This document shows positions 24,979 through 31,172 of a stretch of 32,000 bases of DNA, piece after piece; position 1 is the first letter of the stretch, and the number at the start of each line of letters is the position of its first letter. Source of the DNA: Ignicoccus hospitalis KIN4/I (GTDB lineage: Archaea; Thermoproteota; Thermoprotei_A; Sulfolobales; Ignicoccaceae); the NCBI RefSeq assembly GCF_000017945.1, contig NC_009776.1:1-32000 (forward strand), in the 5' to 3' direction. The position numbers and the translations under genes were made by a program. Under the pieces are notes generated by a model. The model did no database searches, was not told where the DNA came from, and saw only the letters and a list, made by a program, of their open reading frames with translations.

Positions 24979-26793
24979 TTGGAAAGGAAAATCTTGTTTA
25001 TAGACCTTTCTAGAACTAGGATAGATGAAGTAGAGGTTGACGATTACCTTCATACTAGATTCCTAGGAGGGAAGGGTTTCTGTACTTACTTTATATATAA
25101 GTACGCGCAGCCTTGTGCAGACCCCTACGGGCCTCGAAACGTAGCTGTGATCGCCGCCGGCGCGCTGGCCGGCTACGCGCCGGCGTCCGGGAAGACTTGC
25201 TTCGGTGCCGTGAGTCCTCTCACCGGACTGATTCACGACTCGTACGCGGGAGAGGTGTTAGGCCCCAAGCTCCGGATGGCCGGCTACGATGCAATAGTTA
25301 TCACTGGGAAGTCCGAAGAGCCAGTTTACATCTACGTAACTGAGGAGGGGACCGAGATCCTAAGTGCCGACGACATATGGGGTCATAGCACCTCAAAGGC
25401 GACGAAGGTACTCAAGGAGAGACACGGAAAGAAGAGCAGCGTAGCCGTCGTGGGACCCGCCGCCGAGAACAAGGTTAGGTACGCCTCGGTGATAGTGGAC
25501 TACCACCGGGCCGCGGGGCGGGGAGGGATAGGGGCCATCTGGGCGAGCAAAGGCTTGAAGGCTGTTGTAGTCAAGGCAGCCAAGCCCCTCCCAGAGCCGG
25601 CGCTGGGGAGGAAGGCGTGGAGGGAAGTGGCCACCAAGCTATACAAGAAGTTCCAAGCGTTGGGCTCCAGCTTCTCTAGGTACGGAACAAACAACGGCTT
25701 GGTGACTGCCGACAAGTTAGGTATGGCCCCGCACTACAACTTCAAGTACCCTCACCTGGGGGACGTAGGCGAGCTTAAGGGCGAGAACGTCGTAAAGCTC
25801 GCGAAGGGTCCTCACGAAGTAGAGGACCAGTCCGTCTTCGGTTACATGTGCCCCATAAAGTGTTCAAAAGTGGTAAAGGATGAAGGTATCAAAAGCGAGT
25901 ACGAACACTTGGGCATGTTGGGCGCAGCAGACGGGATATACAAGCTAATGGACGTTCTCAAAGCGATCAAAATAGTGAACGATCTCGGCTTAGATAGCAT
26001 ATCCTCTGGCAACGTAATAGGTTGGACCGCAGAGAGCGAGGAGAAGGGGTTGCTCAACGGCGTAATGAAGTGGGGAGACGGCGAGAAGCAAAGAAAGCTG
26101 CTAGAGGAAATAGCGTACAGAAAGGGCATAGGCGCAGTCCTCGCGGAGGGGGTCAAGAGGGCTTCCGAAATACTGGGCTTCGGGAAGGAGTGGGCAGTCC
26201 ACGTCAAAGGGTTGGAGGCCCCCGCTTGGGACCCCAGGGGACTGTTGGGCTTCGGGCTGAGCTACGCCACTGCAGACGTGGGGGCCAGCCACTTGAGAGG
26301 CTGGCCCCGCCCCCATAGACCTCCCACGGACAGCGCGCTAAAGGCGCTTGACTCCTTATTGTACGACAGGGACAAGACCAGCGTAGCTGATCACATGGGT
26401 ACGTGCGTGTTCTTGGCTTACGACTTTCCGGACTGGAGCGAGCTGTTGAAGGTAGTATACGGCTTGGATTACGACACGGAGGAGCTTAGGAAGCTCTCCC
26501 AAAGGACGGAGAGCTTAGCGCGATTGTGGGCACTCAAGGTCGGATATACTAGCGACGACGACACCGTCCCGCCCCGCTGGATGGAGCCCGTGCCCAAGGG
26601 CCCCAACGCCGGCCTCAAAGCCTTCATCTCATGGGAAGACTTAGAGGTCTCTAAGAGGGAGTATTACAAGAGGAGGGGTTGGAGCCCTCGGGAAGGAGTT
26701 CCCCTCCCTTCCACCCTCAAGTCGCTAGACCTTCACTTCGCAGTGGAAGACGCCGAACTCCTCTTGAGAAAGCTAGAACCCGAGTATTACTAA
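24979..26793 (+). CDS. aor: Aldehyde:ferredoxin oxidoreductase family tungsten enzyme
   Basis: 604-aa ORF. ILFIDLSRTRIDEVEV N-terminal domain, ...YGTNNGL..., GLDSISSGN, GLEAPAWDPRG and DHMGTCVF, typical of the AOR/FOR family. TTG start. Confidence 0.9.
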   Translation: MERKILFIDLSRTRIDEVEVDDYLHTRFLGGKGFCTYFIYKYAQPCADPYGPRNVAVIAAGALAGYAPASGKTCFGAVSPLTGLIHDSYAGEVLGPKLRMAGYDAIVITGKSEEPVYIYVTEEGTEILSADDIWGHSTSKATKVLKERHGKKSSVAVVGPAAENKVRYASVIVDYHRAAGRGGIGAIWASKGLKAVVVKAAKPLPEPALGRKAWREVATKLYKKFQALGSSFSRYGTNNGLVTADKLGMAPHYNFKYPHLGDVGELKGENVVKLAKGPHEVEDQSVFGYMCPIKCSKVVKDEGIKSEYEHLGMLGAADGIYKLMDVLKAIKIVNDLGLDSISSGNVIGWTAESEEKGLLNGVMKWGDGEKQRKLLEEIAYRKGIGAVLAEGVKRASEILGFGKEWAVHVKGLEAPAWDPRGLLGFGLSYATADVGASHLRGWPRPHRPPTDSALKALDSLLYDRDKTSVADHMGTCVFLAYDFPDWSELLKVVYGLDYDTEELRKLSQRTESLARLWALKVGYTSDDDTVPPRWMEPVPKGPNAGLKAFISWEDLEVSKREYYKRRGWSPREGVPLPSTLKSLDLHFAVEDAELLLRKLEPEYY

Positions 26794-26829
26794 CCCCTAC
26801 CCTTCCACTGGAACCCACTCTTTTCCCAC
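26787..26829. repeat. Left arm of a perfect 43-bp inverted repeat; ORB-like box (reverse orientation)
   Basis: TTACTAACCCCTACCCTTCCACTGGAACCCACTCTTTTCCCAC is the exact reverse complement of 27224-27266, compared base by base. It includes the aor stop codon (26791-26793). Confidence 0.9.
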
Positions 26830-27223
26830 AACACGCTTTCGCGTAAGAAGCACGCCCTCGACCTCCCTCAAGTTATACGCACGTGTAAAGGAGGGGTAGT
26901 TTCTTCTGGAGAAGGAACGAGCACCCCTCCCCCTCTCCCGCGCTACTCTAAACTTCAACCATCACTCTTGTAAAATTTTTCATAATCTATTAGATAGAAA
27001 TCAGTCACGTTTTATTACGTTTCTCCTTGATTTTGCCCTATAAGGATCGATGCTTAGATGCAATAGAAATACACTATTTTGTTACAAACTATGTGAATAG
27101 ATTATTAGACAAAACTGTTGTGTTGTTTTCAGTAAGAGTGATTTTCCAGAGGAAGCACCGGGGGAAGTTCTCTCCACTAAGCACCGGAGTATCACGGAAA
27201 AAGAGGTTTGGAGAAAAACTTAG

Positions 27224-27266
27224 GTGGGAAAAGAGTGGGTTCCAGTGGAAGGGTAGGGGTTAGTAA
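27224..27266. repeat. Right arm of the perfect 43-bp inverted repeat; ORB-like box
   Basis: GTGGGAAAAGAGTGGGTTCCAGTGGAAGGGTAGGGGTTAGTAA. Dyad TTCCA-G-TGGAA at 27240-27250, followed by GGGTAGGGGT. Confidence 0.9.
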
Positions 27267-27332
27267 CACGGGATTGTAAGAATCGCTAATAAAGCGCGCG
27301 ATACGAGAAGTTAATGACGGGGGACCGAAGTT

Positions 27333-27749
27333 TTGGCTCCTGAAGACGAAGTCCGGGAAGAGGTGGTGGAGGAGACTCACAAGAAAGTGATGGAGGAGCT
27401 TGAAAAAATATACGAAGACGAAGAGATAGAAGTGTTCGCGGCCCCGGACGACAGCGAACTGGAAAAATTATTACTGGAAATTCTCAAGGAGAAGCCGATG
27501 AAGTTCAAAGAACTGAAGGAGGTGTTCTCGGCAACGGCCGGTGAGGACCGGCTCAGGAGGTCGTTGATGAAACTCTTGGAAGAGGGACGCATAAGGGAGT
27601 TGGAAGATGGCACTTATACAGCGATCGACGTAGAGGATATATACTCCACGGTAGAGGACGAGGAACTCATAGAAGACGTGTTGGAAAACGTGGAGGGCGA
27701 GGAAGAGGAGGAAGAACTAGAGGAGTTAGAGTTCGACGAGGAATTCTAA
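27333..27749 (+). CDS. Small, highly acidic protein with a winged-helix-like core
   Basis: 138-aa ORF with 53 D/E residues (38%). The core KLLLEILKEKPMKFKELKEVFSATAGEDRLRRSLMKLLEEGRIRELEDGTYTA resembles a wHTH. The C-terminal tail is acidic (EEEEEELEELEFDEEF). TTG start; ATG at 27390 is an alternative. Confidence 0.55.
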   Translation: MAPEDEVREEVVEETHKKVMEELEKIYEDEEIEVFAAPDDSELEKLLLEILKEKPMKFKELKEVFSATAGEDRLRRSLMKLLEEGRIRELEDGTYTAIDVEDIYSTVEDEELIEDVLENVEGEEEEEELEELEFDEEF

Positions 27750-27790
27750 AAGAAAAATGAAGCTTATGCTCGAGAAGCTCCGCCTATAGT

Positions 27791-28123
27791 CTACGAACTG
27801 CTTTCGCTTCCTTCTTGTGTTAGCTCAGCTAGCTTGCGGCGCACTATTTCCGCCAGCTGGGTTCCATAGTACGTCTCTATCGCAGTGACGAGGTCTTCTA
27901 CTACCTCCTTCTTTCTTTTCAATAACCTTAGGACCTCGTCGAAGTCGCTGCTCTCTAAGTATTTCTTCAAGTTTTCTGTTGGGTCCGGGTTATCGAACGA
28001 GGAGAACTTGTACTTGTTCTCCGCGGCCCAGACCAGCTTCCGCGCCTCCTTCGTAGTCCTCTCGTCTAGTAGGTGCGACGCGAGCACTACGTTGAATATT
28101 TGTCTCAAGAAGTCCGGCTTCAA
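27791..28123 (-). CDS. Hypothetical helical protein
   Basis: 110-aa ORF with a TTG start. No motif recognised. Confidence 0.45.
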   Translation of the reverse strand: MKPDFLRQIFNVVLASHLLDERTTKEARKLVWAAENKYKFSSFDNPDPTENLKKYLESSDFDEVLRLLKRKKEVVEDLVTAIETYYGTQLAEIVRRKLAELTQEGSESSS

Positions 28124-28206
28124 GGGTCGGGGTCCCCATACAGGCCTCTTGTCATCCCCAAAATGTCGTTGGCGGTCCTACCCGGATTCTCAGGTCATTC
28201 CCGTTC

Positions 28207-28446
28207 CTACTCCTCTTGGACGCGCTGTTTATTCCGCTTTTGTTCGTAGAGCGCCTTGGGCATCGCTCTTATCTCACCGGTCTCGCTGTTTATTATAACG
28301 ATATATTCCCTTCCGTACTTGTGCACTACGTGCTTGGGTATGTATATGTTAAGCGGCAAGGTGTAGTAGGTGTACTTGTAGAGCTTGTCGTTCACGACCT
28401 TCTTGCCCACTACTTCCCTCACTAACGCGTCTCTTACTCTCTCCAT
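28207..28446 (-). CDS. AbrB/SpoVT-like small DNA-binding protein (tentative)
   Basis: 79-aa ORF with an ATG start. LPLNIYIPKHVVHKYGREYIVIINSETGEIRAMP resembles the AbrB/SpoVT swapped-hairpin motif (x-IPK-x-x-x-x-x-G ... G-x-I-x-x-x-P). Confidence 0.5.
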   Translation of the reverse strand: MERVRDALVREVVGKKVVNDKLYKYTYYTLPLNIYIPKHVVHKYGREYIVIINSETGEIRAMPKALYEQKRNKQRVQEE

Positions 28447-28585
28447 TTACATCCCCACTGACCTTGTGCACGCTTCTCAATTATAAGTTAATGTAAGCTT
28501 TTCCGCGTAGCAACGGAGTGATACGGGCCACCACCTCAGCGGTTGAATAAGGACCTTTTATCTCCGTGCTCGCGGGAGGTCTGAC

Positions 28586-28894
28586 GTGAGCGACTTCCTG
28601 TCCGAATTGTGGCTCGTAATAAAGAAAAGGATAGAAGAAAAACCTCAGGGTTCCTACACAGCCGAGATTGTGAAGAGAGGTCTACCCTTCGCTGCTAGGA
28701 AGTTCGGCGAAGAGAGCGTAGAACTCATCGTCGCCTCTCTCTCGGAGCCTCGGGATTCCGTAATCTACGAGGCCGCTGACGTAATCTACCACTTGATGGT
28801 GTTGTTAGCCTTGAGAGGGGTGGACTGGGCTGAGGTTATCAAGGAGCTAGAGAGGAGGTCAAGGGCGAAGAGCGGTGCTGGCGGCAATAGTTAA
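28586..28894 (+). CDS. hisE: Phosphoribosyl-ATP pyrophosphohydrolase
   Basis: GSYTAEIVKRG...KFGEESVELIVA...EAADVIYHLMVLL...ELERR. GTG start, with a CTTTTAT box ~29 nt upstream. Confidence 0.88.
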   Translation: MSDFLSELWLVIKKRIEEKPQGSYTAEIVKRGLPFAARKFGEESVELIVASLSEPRDSVIYEAADVIYHLMVLLALRGVDWAEVIKELERRSRAKSGAGGNS

Positions 28895-29468
28895 CTACGG
28901 AATAGGGAACTTATTTAGCGTTAAGAAAGGTTTCGAGAGGGCGGGCTTCAGAGTTGTAGTATCTAACGACAAAGAGGTCTTGAAGGGAAGCGACGTAATA
29001 GTGTTGCCGGGAGTGGGCTCCCACAAGGCCGCCATTGCTAACATGACCTCGTTAGGTATAGTTGACGTAATCAAAGAAGTTGACAACTTCAAGTTCGGGA
29101 TCTGTTTGGGCATGCAATTGCTTTACGAAGAGAGCGAAGAGGGCGGGCTCAAGGGCCTCGGAATCTTGAAGGGAAAGGTGATTAGGCTTAGAGGAGTTCC
29201 CAAAGTCCCGCATATGGGGTGGAACACCGTAGTGGGGGAGTCGCCTCTGCTCGAGGGCTTGAGCGGCGAGTACTTCTACTTCGCCCATAGCTACTACAAA
29301 GAGTACGAGGGGAGGAAAGAGGAGGAAGCGGTCAGCGATTATGAGGGAGTCAAGATAACGGCGCTTGTCTGTTCAGGGAAGGTCTGCGCGACCCAGTTCC
29401 ACCCCGAGAAGAGCTACGTTAACGGGGTACGACTGCTGAAGAACTTTTACACGTATGCGAGGCGCTAG
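28875..29468 (+). CDS. hisH: Imidazole glycerol phosphate synthase, glutamine amidotransferase subunit
   Basis: IVNYGIGNLFSV, VLPGVGS, catalytic GICLGMQLL, VPHMGWN, YFAHSY and QFHPEKS. GTG start overlapping hisE by 20 nt. Confidence 0.92.
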   Translation: MLAAIVNYGIGNLFSVKKGFERAGFRVVVSNDKEVLKGSDVIVLPGVGSHKAAIANMTSLGIVDVIKEVDNFKFGICLGMQLLYEESEEGGLKGLGILKGKVIRLRGVPKVPHMGWNTVVGESPLLEGLSGEYFYFAHSYYKEYEGRKEEEAVSDYEGVKITALVCSGKVCATQFHPEKSYVNGVRLLKNFYTYARR

Positions 29469-30049
29469 AGCGGTAAGACCTCTTCCACCTCTTCCGGACT
29501 CAGCCTGAGGGCGCCCATGCGGGCGTAGCCGCCGATGTCTATGTTGGTCATCTTTCCGTTCAACACGTCTCCCCTCTTTAGCCTCACTGATACTTCCTCA
29601 GCGTACAGCAAGGCGTTCAGAGTTTTGATGACCTCTGAGAACCTTCTCCTCCTCTTAAGGGAGGCGTTAGCTCTGACAGTTATGAGGGAATACACGTACG
29701 AGGGGAGGTTGTGGAATACTTCGTCTTCTGAAACTTCCATGAGGACCTCTTTCCCCTTTAGGGCCTTGTTGGGCCAGAGGTAGCGGACGTCGTCCCCGTA
29801 GAGGAACCTAAGCACTTTGACGGTCTCCTTCATCACTATTAAGAGGTCTACGACGCCCTTGTACGACAGCCTCTGCGGCTCCCTCTCCACTATCTCGTAG
29901 TATTTGCCTCGCCTCACTAAGGGGAGGCCCAAGCTCTTTAGCGTCCTGATTGCGGCGCGGAACTCGTACTCGTTTAGGTTTAAATCCCTCCTTATGGACG
30001 CTATGTCCTCCTTCACTTCTATTCTCCGGAGGATCTCTGAGGCCCACAC
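29465..30049 (-). CDS. Hypothetical protein with an N-terminal HTH-like segment
   Basis: 194-aa ORF. DIASIRRDLNLNEYEFRAAIRTLKSLGLPLVRRGKYYEI resembles a BirA/HTH_11-type wHTH. The rest is unrecognised. Convergent 4-nt stop overlap with hisH. Confidence 0.55.
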   Translation of the reverse strand: MWASEILRRIEVKEDIASIRRDLNLNEYEFRAAIRTLKSLGLPLVRRGKYYEIVEREPQRLSYKGVVDLLIVMKETVKVLRFLYGDDVRYLWPNKALKGKEVLMEVSEDEVFHNLPSYVYSLITVRANASLKRRRRFSEVIKTLNALLYAEEVSVRLKRGDVLNGKMTNIDIGGYARMGALRLSPEEVEEVLPL

Positions 30050-30098
30050 TCCTTGTAGCCCCGAGAGGGTTGTGAGGGGGAGGAGTTAAACGGTTAGA

Positions 30099-30226
30099 GG
30101 CCCGGTCCCAGCACGGGGCGGCTGCGGCGCCTCTCGGACGCCACTGCCGGACCCCGCGCGACCGGCTTAACTTCCGGGTTCGAAATGGGTCCGGGTGTTG
30201 CCCGGTCGCTGTGGCCGGGCCGGGCC
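30099..30226 (-). rRNA. rrf: 5S ribosomal RNA (not linked to any 16S/23S in this window)
   Basis: The reverse complement reads GGCCCGGCCCGGCCACAGCGACCGGGCAACACCCGGACCCATTTCGAACCCGGAAGTTAAGCCGGTCGC...GTGCTGGGACCGGGCC. The loop C/helix III core (GGGCAACACCCGGAC-CAUUUCGAACCCGGAAGUUAAGCC) is near-identical to Sulfolobus 5S as I remember it. The 5' and 3' ends pair into a ~13-bp helix I. The ends are accurate to a few nt. Confidence 0.9.
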
Positions 30227-30247
30227 GTGTCCCAGCACGCAGGGCTG

Positions 30248-30259
30248 TTATTAAACTTT
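30248..30259. promoter_or_regulatory. A/T block (TTATTAAACTTT), TATA box for 5S rRNA (-), possibly shared with the 30286 operon (+)
   Basis: It lies 22-29 nt upstream of the inferred 5S 5' end and 27-38 nt upstream of GTG 30286. Confidence 0.45.
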
Positions 30260-30285
30260 GTGTTGGTTAGGGAGGCCGGGCCTCG

Positions 30286-30687
30286 GTGAAGTATTGTTTG
30301 GTCTTGTCCGTCGGCTATGGTGTTGCACTGTTAACGTTGTGGACGGCCTTGTCCCTAGCTTGGGGTTTGGTAGACTTCAACGCGTTGGGCTTCCTACCTT
30401 ATGGCGCTATACTGTCCGCCCTAGTAGCGATATTGGGCGCCCTCGTCAACTGTACTTTCGAAGCTCTGGGGAACCTCTTAGGCGTAGAGCCCCCTACCTC
30501 AGTACTGGCTGGGTGGACTTTAGTCATGTTTACGTATTTCGTAATTACAAACCCACCGCCCGCCGGTTTGGGAGAGTTCGTATGGGCTGTAGGGAGGGCC
30601 GCGATGTTCGTTTCTAACGCGTTCCCCGCTTCGGACTTGTTTTATGAGTTGGGCAACTTTACGCTAACGGCGGTGGGGCTGAGGTGA
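30286..30687 (+). CDS. Small integral membrane protein
   Basis: 133-aa ORF with about 4 hydrophobic segments. GTG start. GTGA start/stop overlap with the downstream ASCH gene suggests translational coupling. Confidence 0.6.
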   Translation: MKYCLVLSVGYGVALLTLWTALSLAWGLVDFNALGFLPYGAILSALVAILGALVNCTFEALGNLLGVEPPTSVLAGWTLVMFTYFVITNPPPAGLGEFVWAVGRAAMFVSNAFPASDLFYELGNFTLTAVGLR

Positions 30688-31172
30688 TAGAGCCTCTGGA
30701 GGACCCGGAGACCCCGGTGGTACTGCTATCAATAAAGCCTAGGTACGCCCAGAGGATCCTCAGCGGCATGAAGAAGTTCGAGCTGAGAACTTGGATAGGC
30801 TTGAACCTCTACAGCGGTATGTTAGTGGTGATGTACGCTTCGGGCAACGTGAAGGCGATAGTTGGTGAGTTCAGGGTAGGGAAGGTTTACAAGGGCAGGC
30901 CCGAGTTCGTCTGGGGGCGCTTGATCGAAGAGGGGGGAGAGGAGAAGACCGGCGTAGGGGAAGAGGACTACCTTTACATAGCTAGGGCGAAGAAGGCCAT
31001 GGCCCTAGAGGTGTTGGAGCCTAAGGTGTACAAGAGGCCGCCCAAATTGGAGGAGATAAGAATGATAATACCCGGCTGGCTCCCCCCTATGAGCCACACT
31101 TTGCTCGGCACCGGCGACCCCCTCTGGGAGATGGTAATTAAACCCGTCAGAGAGGTTTCCGAGATACCTTAA
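30684..31172 (+). CDS. ASCH domain protein
   Basis: VVLLSIKPRYAQRILSGMKKFELRTW...VVMYASGNVKAIVGEF fits the ASCH/PUA-like N-terminal pattern (S-I-K-P-x-Y-x-x-x-I-x-x-G-x-K-x-x-E-x-R). Confidence 0.7.
   Translation: MIEPLEDPETPVVLLSIKPRYAQRILSGMKKFELRTWIGLNLYSGMLVVMYASGNVKAIVGEFRVGKVYKGRPEFVWGRLIEEGGEEKTGVGEEDYLYIARAKKAMALEVLEPKVYKRPPKLEEIRMIIPGWLPPMSHTLLGTGDPLWEMVIKPVREVSEIP

Larger units (their letters stand above)
26787..27266. other. Candidate chromosomal replication origin (two inverted ORB-like boxes flanking an A/T-rich unwinding region)
   Basis: A 480-bp non-coding element. The arms are 43/43 identical. The core 26941-27140 is about 31% G+C by hand count. The arm sequence matches the ORB architecture (TCCA-N-TGGAA dyad plus G-string) as I recall it from Sulfolobus, Aeropyrum and Pyrococcus origins. 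Confidence 0.55.

Noticed and set aside
26961-27142. Nested short inverted matches inside the A/T core: ATCACTCTT at 26961-26969 versus 27134-27142, and ATAATCTATT at 26982-26991 versus 27096-27105.
   Set aside because: They are real matches but not concentric with the 43-bp arms. About one 9-10-mer match of this kind is expected by chance within ~400 bp of A/T-rich DNA, so they are not claimed as sites.
27027-27263. 78-aa ORF inside the origin-like element.
   Set aside because: It has a TTG start in A/T-rich DNA, runs into the right inverted-repeat arm, and has a odd composition with no upstream promoter-like spacing. It is most likely non-coding.
26787-27266. Reading the inverted-repeat-flanked segment as an invertible (phase-variation) promoter switch or as an integrated-element boundary.
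   Set aside because: There is no recombinase or integrase gene anywhere in the window. att sites are direct rather than inverted repeats. The arm sequence matches the ORB architecture. The MITE alternative is not excluded and is listed under findings.
28515-28585. Possible C/D box sRNA (GTGATAC ... CTGA) in the AbrB/hisE spacer. Exact RUGAUGA matches at 11941-11950 (-), 12043-12049 (-), 24603-24609 (+) and 27565-27570 (+) were also checked.
   Set aside because: None has the required C - ~12 nt - D' - C' - ~12 nt - D spacing or a terminal CTGA at the right distance. Most lie inside coding sequence.
30258-30617. 119-aa Arg/Gly/Cys/Trp-rich ORF overlapping the 30286-30687 membrane ORF in another frame.
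   Set aside because: It starts inside the 5S promoter block. The alternative frame gives a coherent multi-TM protein that is translationally coupled (GTGA) to the next gene.
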